From a virus (Duplodnaviria; Caudoviricetes), in the IMG/VR virus record IMGVR_UViG_3300014208_000105, positions 1-30,235 of that record: DNA of 30,235 nt; one strand, given 5' to 3'. How positions within the stretch are numbered: the first letter of the stretch is position 1; every line of letters starts with the position of its first letter. A model generated the notes under the pieces. It saw nothing but the letters and a program-made list of their open reading frames with translations. It was not told the origin of the DNA and did no database searches. Below are positions 1 to 7,578 of the stretch, one piece after another. The position numbers and the translations under genes are program-made.

Positions 1-1152
1 GAGCTTTGCCCACCCCTCAATGATGAGCTTCATGGGCGGCAAAACGACATCGGTAAGGATGAACCCCAGGTCACCCATGACCGGAATGAGATCTTCCCCG
101 ATGGCGTTCTTCATGTTGAGGACGGTGGCAGTGAAACTTCGGAAACCATCCGCATCCGAATCGATCACACCGCCCATGTCTCGCAGTTCCTGAAGACCAG
201 CCGCGATGGTGGCGTTCGCCAGGAGCTGCACCGAATGCGCGTCCCGCATGCTCTCCGTAGCCTTTTTCACTGCCTCGGGAATCCGGATTCCAAGGTTGTC
301 CAGGATCAACGGGGAGGAACGGCCGATACCTGTAACGATGTCATCGAAGGCCTGGGCGGTATCCAGGCCAAAAAGCCGGGCCTTGTTCCTGGCGATGAGC
401 AGCAGGTTTCCCAGATCCTCTCCGTTCTTGGCCACCCCAAGCGTCATTGCCTTGGAGGATGAGGAGATCAGGCTCATATCACCAATGGTGTTCCCAGAAA
501 TTTTCTTGAGGGAAAAAATGATCGAATCGGCATCCTGCTTCTGGGTTTGAGCGAACTTTCTGAAGGCCTGCCGGGCTTCCTCCGTTTTGGCTGCTTGCTC
601 AGCAAAGGACCATACGGTGTCGATCCCCGCCTTCACCTTGGACAGAACTTCGAGGGTTTGGTTGATCTCTGTCGAAGCCGTTCTGAAACCCTTGACAAAG
701 TCCTTTTCAGCCGCAGTGGCCGCATTCAAGGATGTGACAAGTTCCGATTTGATTTTGGCGGCGGCTCCGGAAACGCTGGCATTGGTATAAGTGAAAGCCC
801 TGCCGATGGTTGTCGCCATCGTGGACAGTGCCCCCCCGGCAGTTTGGGCGGAGGCTTTGGAAGCATCGAGCTCCCTGCGAAACCAGTCGACCTCCTCCCG
901 GGCTCTTTTCGCCGCATCCCCAGCACTTTTCAGGGTCAAAACGAAGTTCCCGGAAATGACCGACCCGGCCTGGGCAGCGCCGCTTCCCATGGTCTTCATG
1001 GCCTGACCCGCCCCGGAAAGCCCGGCGTCCGCGCCTTCGGATGCGCCCCGCAAACCGGCCAGAGACGACCGAACGTCTTCCACGCCCTTGACGGCAGCGG
1101 TGCCGTCAGCGCGGATGACGAGGGTGATCTCGTTGCTTGGGCCTGGACTCAT
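1..1152 (-). CDS. Tail tape measure protein, N-terminal part (runs off the window)
   Basis: Not in ORF track. ATG at 1152 gives MSPGPSNEITLVIRADGTAAVKGV..., Ala/Gly-rich helical sequence with the TMP-like motif DIVTGIGRSSPLILDNLGI. Follows the tail chaperone genes. Confidence 0.9.
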   Translation of the reverse strand, partial: MSPGPSNEITLVIRADGTAAVKGVEDVRSSLAGLRGASEGADAGLSGAGQAMKTMGSGAAQAGSVISGNFVLTLKSAGDAAKRAREEVDWFRRELDASKASAQTAGGALSTMATTIGRAFTYTNASVSGAAAKIKSELVTSLNAATAAEKDFVKGFRTASTEINQTLEVLSKVKAGIDTVWSFAEQAAKTEEARQAFRKFAQTQKQDADSIIFSLKKISGNTIGDMSLISSSSKAMTLGVAKNGEDLGNLLLIARNKARLFGLDTAQAFDDIVTGIGRSSPLILDNLGIRIPEAVKKATESMRDAHSVQLLANATIAAGLQELRDMGGVIDSDADGFRSFTATVLNMKNAIGEDLIPVMGDLGFILTDVVLPPMKLIIEGWAKL

Positions 1153-1382
1153 CGTCGTTTTCTCGGTTTCATTCCGGTGAAGGAGGCAAGGGTCGCATCG
1201 ACGTTTGGCACCTCGATCACCTCATCAACGGCAGGCCAGAAATCGGCCAGATCCATACTCCAGGTGGCCCGGTGTTCCAGATGGAACGCCCGGGCCACCT
1301 TTTGGACGAAGGACCCAAGAGTTTTTTGGAAGGGCTCCCGGGCCCCCGGCCTCAGACGAGGGCCGGACCCCGGGCGGGATCG
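1149..1382 (-). CDS. Tail assembly chaperone -1 frameshift extension (gpGT-like C-terminal part)
   Basis: 77 open codons in the -1 frame after C CCA AAC (…LGSFVQKVARAFHLEHRATWSMDLADFW…). Stop overlaps the TMP ATG (ATGA). Confidence 0.8.
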   Translation of the reverse strand, partial: RSRPGSGPRLRPGAREPFQKTLGSFVQKVARAFHLEHRATWSMDLADFWPAVDEVIEVPNVDATLASFTGMKPRKRR

Positions 1383-1388
1383 TTTGGG
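1337..1388 (-). promoter_or_regulatory. Programmed -1 frameshift signal (CCCAAAC plus downstream hairpin)
   Basis: In-phase X XXY YYZ heptamer at 1388-1382. GC-rich hairpin CCCGGG..CCGGCCCTC-GTCT-GAGGCCGG..CCCGGG starts 7 nt downstream. Confidence 0.8.
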
Positions 1389-1753
1389 TGCAACTCCGGG
1401 GTCAACAATTCCTGAAGCCAGATCTGGGCAATGTGCCCTGCGTGGTTATGGTCGAAGGCGGCTTCCAGCTCCTCCCGGGAAAACTCCACCTTGTCCCGGT
1501 CGGGATTGAAGACGATCTCCAGCACGTCATAGCGGTCGACCCGGACGATCTCCAGAACTTCCTGGTTCGTGACCTTTTTGGTTTCCTCATCGAACTTCCG
1601 TCTCCGGGCTTCCTGCATGACCATGTAGCGCCGGTATTGATCGGGGGTCCAGCGGAGGAGGGTCTTCTTTTGGCCGACCGTCACGATGATGCGGTTGCCG
1701 GGGTAGACGCGATAGGGCAAGGGATGGGCTTGCAACAGGTCTTTGTCTTCCAT
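1352..1753 (-). CDS. Tail assembly chaperone (gpG-like)
   Basis: 133 aa between tail tube and tape measure genes; GAGGAG RBS; slippery heptamer near the 3' end. Confidence 0.8.
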   Translation of the reverse strand: MEDKDLLQAHPLPYRVYPGNRIIVTVGQKKTLLRWTPDQYRRYMVMQEARRRKFDEETKKVTNQEVLEIVRVDRYDVLEIVFNPDRDKVEFSREELEAAFDHNHAGHIAQIWLQELLTPELHPNDPARGPALV

Positions 1754-1764
1754 GTTCGGGCTCC

Positions 1765-3015
1765 TCAGCGGACCATGATTTCGATGTTGTCGTTCTGGCC
1801 GGGGACCGCGTGGATCTGCCCGGACAGCCCGTAGTGCAGGATGTTTTCCTTGTTCGCCAGGTCGTTGCCCAGCGTGCTCGCCCGGCGGATCCAGACCTGC
1901 ACGATGTTCCCGGCCACGCTGCCGGCCTGGGCGTTGAGAGGAAACTCGGTCCGGGCCCGCAGATTGGCCCAGAACGGGTGGGTGGCTTCGAGCTCAGCCT
2001 CGACCGTTGCCGACCAGCGCGGATCGCGCCGGCCATACCGGAGCCCCTTCAACCCATCTTCGGAATTCACGTCGGGCCGCTCGCTGAGCTTGTTTCCAGA
2101 GGTGAATCCCAGTTCCGGGATGACACCGGCTCCGAAGGAGCCGAACAGAACCCCGGCGCTCTCCACCACGGGCGGAATGAGCTTGTTCCAGTAATCGCCG
2201 GCGGGGGTGTCCACGTCGGTCAGGCCGCCAAAGCGGCCCCGAACGCTGAACTGGGCGCTGGCCATCTCGCCGGCAGGAAACGCCAGGCTGAAATCGGCAC
2301 GGGCCCCGTGGACCTTCACCAGGTGCTTGCCGAGGTAGTGGTAGAACGTCATGGTGGTTTTCGCATCGGCCGGTGCCCGGGTTGCGTAGGCCACACAGGG
2401 CAGGTAGCAGTGGACCAGCCAGGCATCGCCCAGCACCAGGTTTCCGGAGGCGAAGGTGAAGGTGATGGTCGCCCCTTCGTCGCCCAGGTTGATGGGGGTG
2501 GCAGTCGTGATGACGTTTCCCACGCTGTTCTGGGTGGTGTCGTCCAGGCAAACGACGCCACAGGTGGCGACACCGGACGCTCCGCCGAGGGTCACCGTGA
2601 CCAGGTAACGCCGCGGGGCCGGCCCCGTGAAGGTCCCCCCCGAGGTCACCGCAAGGGTCGAGGGGCCGCCGCTGTTGCCGAAGGCTCGCTCGGCCGCCCC
2701 AACGGTTTTGGCGGCAATCACCCGCTTGGTGTAACCGCAGATTTCCACCAGAGGGCCCCAGTCGGGCTCATTCCCGACCGTCCCGGCCCCGCGCAGATCG
2801 ACGGCGATGGCCAGGTCGACCAGCTCCCGGCCGATGAGCATCTTGGGCTCGGTCAGGCCGCTTTCCAGGGCCTTGCGCTGCAGCTCCTGGGGGCTGTATT
2901 TGGGCATCAGCTCGCCGCACAGAATGGCGTTGGCCGCCGGTGTCGGCGTGGGATCCACGTTCTCGGTGACCTCCAGCTCGCCAAGCAGCAGTTGGTTCAG
3001 TTCAAAATCGCTCAT
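1765..3015 (-). CDS. Major tail (tube) protein with internal beta-rich insertion
   Basis: 416 aa between the gp37-like gene and the chaperone. Beta-rich, with tube-like segments (DLRGAGTVGNEPDWGPLVEICG; VHGARADFSLAFPAGE). Confidence 0.8.
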   Translation of the reverse strand: MSDFELNQLLLGELEVTENVDPTPTPAANAILCGELMPKYSPQELQRKALESGLTEPKMLIGRELVDLAIAVDLRGAGTVGNEPDWGPLVEICGYTKRVIAAKTVGAAERAFGNSGGPSTLAVTSGGTFTGPAPRRYLVTVTLGGASGVATCGVVCLDDTTQNSVGNVITTATPINLGDEGATITFTFASGNLVLGDAWLVHCYLPCVAYATRAPADAKTTMTFYHYLGKHLVKVHGARADFSLAFPAGEMASAQFSVRGRFGGLTDVDTPAGDYWNKLIPPVVESAGVLFGSFGAGVIPELGFTSGNKLSERPDVNSEDGLKGLRYGRRDPRWSATVEAELEATHPFWANLRARTEFPLNAQAGSVAGNIVQVWIRRASTLGNDLANKENILHYGLSGQIHAVPGQNDNIEIMVR

Positions 3016-3023
3016 GGTGCCTC

Positions 3024-3461
3024 CTATTGTCGGGTTGGGACGGGCAGATAGGCCTTCGTCCGAAAGCCCAGGGTGTAGGCGATGACGCCGCCGTCGAGTT
3101 CCCCCAGGCGAACATCGATGCAGTCGAAAGGCCCGATCCCGGTCAGGCCGAAATCCTTGCCCTGGATCGCATCCCGGACAGCCTCAAACAGGGAATAGGC
3201 ATCCTTGGCGAGGGCCCTTTCCCCTTCGAGGTTCTGGGACATGACCACCACATCGAAATACCAGTCATAGACGGGGCGGGGCTGTGATTCGGTTCTGCGG
3301 GCGAAGAGGAAATAGACGAACGCGGCCGGGTAGCAGATTGGCGGGGGCGTATCATTCCGGCCGATGGAATCCACCTGGCCGAAAAGCTTGTTGCCCGACA
3401 GGTCGACGAGCGCCGTGACGGCGTCCATCATCTTGTCTTCCGTTGCCCCGGTCGTCGCCAT
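3024..3461 (-). CDS. Mu gp37-like tail terminator/completion protein
   Basis: 145 aa directly before the tube gene; YPAAFVYF, FDVVV, AYSLFEAVRDAIQG and YTLGFRT pattern. Confidence 0.75.
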   Translation of the reverse strand: MATTGATEDKMMDAVTALVDLSGNKLFGQVDSIGRNDTPPPICYPAAFVYFLFARRTESQPRPVYDWYFDVVVMSQNLEGERALAKDAYSLFEAVRDAIQGKDFGLTGIGPFDCIDVRLGELDGGVIAYTLGFRTKAYLPVPTRQ

Positions 3462-3575
3462 GTCAGAACGTCACTCCCACCCGCCACTCGGGTTTGTGAT
3501 TTCCCACGCCCAGATCCACAAACACGTTCCGGGCCCGCGCAGAAAGGGTCGCGCCTCTCGGCCCTGCCTCGATCC

Positions 3576-4022
3576 CTACCTGGGGCCGGGCAGGGCCGCG
3601 GTAGGGTCCGCGGGCACCGCCGGTCTGATGGGTAGACCGATCGCCTGACCGATCGCCTGGCCGGCCGGCAGCGCCGGCTGGTGATCCTGGGCCGCCAGGG
3701 TCTTGGCGATGAACTGGGCCTCCGCCTCGTGCTCCGGGGTCAGGTCGATCTTGTGCTTCATGGCCTCGTTGCGCAGTTCCAGCAAAAACTGGCCGGCCTT
3801 GTCCGTCTTCTTGATGACGTTCTTCTCGGCCAGGGCTTCGACGATGGTGAAGATCGCCGGGGCCTTGTCCGCGACGAAACCCCACCCGCGATCGATGGTG
3901 GAAACGATGGCCGCGCCCTTTTCGGTCTTGGCCATGAACGGCCGGGCCAGCTTGTAGACCTGGATCAACAGCACCGCAACCAACATCACGTTGGCGGGGG
4001 TCAGATAGTCGGTGAGATTCAT
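3576..4022 (-). CDS. Holin-like protein (LL-H-like: one N-terminal TM plus amphipathic helices)
   Basis: Start re-called at ATG 4022 (AAGGAGG RBS, ATGA overlap with the endolysin stop). TM segment VMLVAVLLIQV. Directly follows the endolysin. Confidence 0.6.
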   Translation of the reverse strand: MNLTDYLTPANVMLVAVLLIQVYKLARPFMAKTEKGAAIVSTIDRGWGFVADKAPAIFTIVEALAEKNVIKKTDKAGQFLLELRNEAMKHKIDLTPEHEAEAQFIAKTLAAQDHQPALPAGQAIGQAIGLPIRPAVPADPTAALPGPR

Positions 4023-4495
4023 GCGGCCAGGGCCTCCTTCAGGTTCTGCCAGGTCAGCGGGAGGTAAACCCCCGCGGGTGAGCACATCCACTGGGAATCA
4101 GGTTTGAAGCGCTCGCTCTTGGGCCGGATGTCGGCATGGAAGCCTGGACACCGCTTCCCTTTGGGTTTTCCGTCGAGCGTCCAGTAGGGATACAGCCCGA
4201 TGCCGTTGAACTCGTCGAACCGGGCCAGAGCGAAGAACAGGTCCATCAGGGAAAGGCATTCGACGTGCCCGTCAACGGCCATCCCGCGGTAGTGGTAGGA
4301 GCCATCGGTGTGGCCCCTGGTGTCGTAGGCGTTGTGGATCACGATGGGCAAACCCAGGAACGCCCGCAGAGCATCGAGGCCGTAGATCAGGTCCCGATGG
4401 ACCTTCCGCCAGTTCCCCCAGTTCTCGTCGGGAGTGAAATGGCGGACACCCTTCCAGTCGGCATCCGTCATGTATGGCCCGCGCACGTTGATCAT
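4019..4495 (-). CDS. Endolysin, peptidase M15 family Zn-metallopeptidase
   Basis: SxHxxGxAxD motif (SYHYRGMAVD), GIGLY and FHADIR. Start re-called at ATG 4495 (GGAG RBS). Confidence 0.85.
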   Translation of the reverse strand: MINVRGPYMTDADWKGVRHFTPDENWGNWRKVHRDLIYGLDALRAFLGLPIVIHNAYDTRGHTDGSYHYRGMAVDGHVECLSLMDLFFALARFDEFNGIGLYPYWTLDGKPKGKRCPGFHADIRPKSERFKPDSQWMCSPAGVYLPLTWQNLKEALAA

Positions 4496-4499
4496 AGCG

Positions 4500-4769
4500 T
4501 CACTCCCGGGCAATCGCCGCGTTGGCGTGCATGATCGTCTCTTCGAGGCGGGTCAGGGCGTTCGCCCGTTCCCGGCCGGCGGGGCAGTTGGTGCAGATCA
4601 GAATGGCCAGGATCAGGGCCTGGGCCCGAAGCTGCTGGAAGGACTCGGCAGCGCCGGGTTTGGGAGGGTGATAGGTGAAGCGGCGGGCCAGCTCGGCCTG
4701 AAGGTCGGCCGGAAGCTGGTCATAGCCGCGAGGCAGGGCAACCGGTTCGGATTGATCTTGTTTGGCCAT
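4500..4769 (-). CDS. Acb2/Tad1-like helical-hairpin protein (candidate signalling-nucleotide sponge)
   Basis: 89 aa from ATG 4769 (GAGGAGG RBS): RFTYHPPK...LR..A..LA..I...CP.GRERANALTRLEETIMHANAAIAR. Confidence 0.7.
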   Translation of the reverse strand: MAKQDQSEPVALPRGYDQLPADLQAELARRFTYHPPKPGAAESFQQLRAQALILAILICTNCPAGRERANALTRLEETIMHANAAIARE

Positions 4770-4779
4770 GGGTGCCTCC

Positions 4780-5229
4780 TCAGAATTTGTCCAGGACGGA
4801 CTTGGGGAACAGCTTGTCAGTGGTGGCTTTGTCGGTCCGGAACTCCGCCGGGGCGTTGGGGTCCGCCTCCTGGGCCCCCCAGCCGAGCTTTCCGCTCTGG
4901 ATCCGGTCAAGCAGCTTCATGGCGTTGTCATAACGCTGTTGAATCGGCTTGGGAAGCTCCAGAGAGGTCCGCCGGTTGTGGAGGGCCCAGATGGCGAGAT
5001 CGATGGACAGGGTCTTGATGATCACCGGCACCGGATTGAGAGGCAGGACCAGGTCACGGGTGGAAAGAAAGCCGTTGACGATCGCGTCGGCCGAGGCGAT
5101 TGCGTCCGCTACCCGGGCGATGGTGTTGGCTTCCTGTTCGGCCAGGACATCCCCCGAGTCCTTGGTCAGTTGGGTGACCTGGGCCTTGGGGATTTGCTTC
5201 TCGATATCGGTGCGGGTGCAGTAGGCCAC
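4780..5229 (-). CDS. Mu gp36-like (DUF1320) head-tail adaptor
   Basis: MAYCTRTDI...AIASADAIVNGFL...PVPVII...DLAIWAL...RYDNAMKLLDRIQSGKL pattern. Confidence 0.9.
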   Translation of the reverse strand: MAYCTRTDIEKQIPKAQVTQLTKDSGDVLAEQEANTIARVADAIASADAIVNGFLSTRDLVLPLNPVPVIIKTLSIDLAIWALHNRRTSLELPKPIQQRYDNAMKLLDRIQSGKLGWGAQEADPNAPAEFRTDKATTDKLFPKSVLDKF

Positions 5230-5238
5230 GGTGGTTCC

Positions 5239-5700
5239 TCAGTCCGCGTTGAGAACGACAGAGATCGAGGCGGAATCGGCCCGGAAGTAGAGTTTCGGGG
5301 TCAGGGTCGCCAGGTCCCAGATTCGAAAGGCACCAGGGGCAATCTGGAAGGGGGACGACCCGGTCGGGACGTTGGAATACCCATAGTTCAGATAGGAACC
5401 ACCGGCAGGAACGCCGACCCACAAACGATGGGCCCCCGTGGGGATGGCCCCGGAAGTGGTGATCAGGACGGCGGCAGACGTCCCGATGACGACGGTCGGG
5501 GTCGCATAGGACAGAAACCCGTCGGTCGGGGCGTCCTGGGTGGGCATGGGGTATTGCTGCCCGGACCGAACTTCGGATCCAGTCCCGGTGATACCCTGCC
5601 GCCAGAAGGCGGGATCCGCGGCCATGGAGGACACGGCAACCGCCAGGAGGACGATCAGGAGAGCGGTGATTTTCTTCATGGTCTTCTTGATGGTCTTCAT
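5239..5700 (-). CDS. Hypothetical protein with Sec-type signal peptide
   Basis: GGAGGA RBS; basic N-terminus, hydrophobic core ITALLIVLLAVAV, SMA-A cleavage-like site; beta-rich mature region. Confidence 0.7.
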   Translation of the reverse strand: MKTIKKTMKKITALLIVLLAVAVSSMAADPAFWRQGITGTGSEVRSGQQYPMPTQDAPTDGFLSYATPTVVIGTSAAVLITTSGAIPTGAHRLWVGVPAGGSYLNYGYSNVPTGSSPFQIAPGAFRIWDLATLTPKLYFRADSASISVVLNAD

Positions 5701-5709
5701 GGTTCCTCC

Positions 5710-6705
5710 TTACGCCACGACCTTGGCGTAAACGATCGCCTCGGGCTTGTAGAGGACGGGCAGGGGGCGGGCTTCCACCTTCACCCAGCGACCGCTCGGG
5801 TCTTCGCTCTTCCAGGACTTCGTGAAGAACATCCCCGCCGGTTTTCCGGAGCCGACCCCGTTGGGATCGTCGAAGTCGATCGCGGGAGCGTAGAGCTCGC
5901 CGGCGGCCTGGGCGGAAACACCCACCAGCACGAAGTATTCGGCCGGGATGAAGTCCTTGCGGACATTGGAGTTGTCCAGATAGCTGCCGAGAATCTCCTC
6001 GATCTCGCACTCGGCCAGATAGGTGATCCGGCCCTTTTCGGCAATCTGCTGGCCCACCTGGTTCTTCATCAGGTCGAGCACCTTCTGATTCTCCAGCAAG
6101 GCGTCCATGGCGGAGCTGCCGGCGAAAGCGAAGAACCCGTCCACCGCACCGATCGCCTGGGTGATGATCTTTTTCCAGGCCCGGATGTTCTTGATGGGGT
6201 TGGACTCAGAATCGGTCCAGAGGTTCTTGCCCGCGAGGGTCGGCTTCTGCGCCACCCCAAAGTTGTAATCGACCAACACGGTGCCGGCGTCGTCGACTAC
6301 CTGGCCGGCCAGGGCCCGGGCGGCCATAAACTCGCGGGTCCGGTCGACCTTGGTCTTCATGTCCAGCAGCTCCCGGTTGAGCTTCTCCCCGAGGAGCTCG
6401 GTCGCGGCCTGCTCGCCATACTTCCGCATGTCGGCCAGATCGGAAGCCAGGACCAGGCGCTTTTCCGAGAACCTGGTTCCCTTGCAGGTGATCGTGCTTT
6501 TCCCGGTTGCGCTGACGATCTGGGCTTCCTGCATGGGGCGGAGGTTCTGCAAGATCCGCTCGCTGCCGGAAACGACATCCCACTGGAACAGGCCGGAATA
6601 CAGGAACTGCTTGGCCCCGAAAACCTTGTCGGCGATGATGGTCCGGACCGACTTGATCTTGTTGATGGCGGCCGTCAAAACCCGGGCATTGAAGAGTTCG
6701 TCCAT
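5710..6705 (-). CDS. Major capsid protein (lambda gpE-like family)
   Basis: 331 aa; LTAAINK, RTREFMAARAL.G, VDYNFG, W.D.ESNPI, KSW..EDPSG...KVEARPLP. Confidence 0.9.
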   Translation of the reverse strand: MDELFNARVLTAAINKIKSVRTIIADKVFGAKQFLYSGLFQWDVVSGSERILQNLRPMQEAQIVSATGKSTITCKGTRFSEKRLVLASDLADMRKYGEQAATELLGEKLNRELLDMKTKVDRTREFMAARALAGQVVDDAGTVLVDYNFGVAQKPTLAGKNLWTDSESNPIKNIRAWKKIITQAIGAVDGFFAFAGSSAMDALLENQKVLDLMKNQVGQQIAEKGRITYLAECEIEEILGSYLDNSNVRKDFIPAEYFVLVGVSAQAAGELYAPAIDFDDPNGVGSGKPAGMFFTKSWKSEDPSGRWVKVEARPLPVLYKPEAIVYAKVVA

Positions 6706-6720
6706 GTCGTTCGTTCCTCC

Positions 6721-7131
6721 TTACACGACGTAGATGCCAGCGTCGAGCAGATCGGCGATGCCATTGGCATCCTCGCCGGTCAGGTTGGCTTCGATCACAT
6801 CCCCGTGGATGAGCACCACCGCTTCCACGGTGGCGGCATGAATGGCGACGTCTTCCAGGAGAATGGCCTTGGCCGTCTGGGTGCCGTCGTTGTTGGTATC
6901 CACGTAGGGCGCGTAGGTCCCGTCAGCCGCGACGATGCCGAGAACCGTGCCAGCGACCCGCGCGGTGCCGTCGATCGCCATGGTGACTTTCTTGGTGATC
7001 GGCGGATGGCTGCCGAGAATGGCCGGCTGGCTGAGGGTGGTCTCGGTCACGCCGAGCGTTCCGGCCATCCGCAGGCCCGCGGCGAGAATGATGGTGACGA
7101 GGGCAATGACAACAGCGGTGATCCCGGTCAT
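6721..7131 (-). CDS. Head decoration protein (lambda gpD-like) with hydrophobic N-terminal extension
   Basis: AGTVLG...G.Y..Y....DGTQTAKAILLED...HG pattern; lies between protease and capsid genes. Alternative start at 7068. Confidence 0.8.
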   Translation of the reverse strand: MTGITAVVIALVTIILAAGLRMAGTLGVTETTLSQPAILGSHPPITKKVTMAIDGTARVAGTVLGIVAADGTYAPYVDTNNDGTQTAKAILLEDVAIHAATVEAVVLIHGDVIEANLTGEDANGIADLLDAGIYVV

Positions 7132-7134
7132 GGG

Positions 7135-7578
7135 CTACTTGCCTCCCTTCTGTTCGGGGCCGACGATCATGGAAACGAACTTTTCGTCTTCCGAGAACTG
7201 GGCCCCCTTGGTCGCTTCACCCTTGGTCATGGTCTTGAACAGCGGGTGGGACGCGAACCCGGTTATGAAATCCTTGAACCAGTCCAGGGGGGCTTGTTTC
7301 TTGCCCTCGCTGAACTCGTAGACCTCGGTGGTCTCCTCGAGGTTCGCCATGAACTCGACGAGCCCCTGATCCTTCCAGGCGGGCAGGATCTTGCCGGCGG
7401 TGATGCCGGTGGTGACGAAATCGGTGAGCGCCTGGCGTTTCCGCTTTTTCTCCGCCTCGGAAAATTCGAGGGAGAACTTGGTGTTGGCAGTCTCCAAGGC
7501 TGTCACCTTGCCCTCCGCGGCCAGCCGCGCGGCTTGTTCGTCCGCCAGCTTCTTCTGAAGAATTTCAATCTCGGTCAC
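7135..7578 (-). CDS. Internal scaffold protein (Mu gpZ-like), in-frame start
   Basis: CAGGAGGGAAGC-GTG in frame at the protease/coiled-coil boundary. Confidence 0.55.
   Translation of the reverse strand: MTEIEILQKKLADEQAARLAAEGKVTALETANTKFSLEFSEAEKKRKRQALTDFVTTGITAGKILPAWKDQGLVEFMANLEETTEVYEFSEGKKQAPLDWFKDFITGFASHPLFKTMTKGEATKGAQFSEDEKFVSMIVGPEQKGGK

Noticed and set aside
547-3051. Long + strand ORFs (547..1509, 1205..1834, 1810..3051)
   Set aside because: Shadows of the tape measure, chaperone and tail tube genes.
3637-3659. Short tandem repeat CCGATCGCCTG x2
   Set aside because: Simple in-frame duplication (GQAI GQAI) in a low-complexity linker; no evidence of function.
3610-3885. N-terminal part of ORF 3463..3885 as an independent nested gene (Rz1-like)
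   Set aside because: No lipobox or signal peptide, and the sequence is Gly/Arg/Pro-rich off-frame. Only the last ~46 codons look coding.
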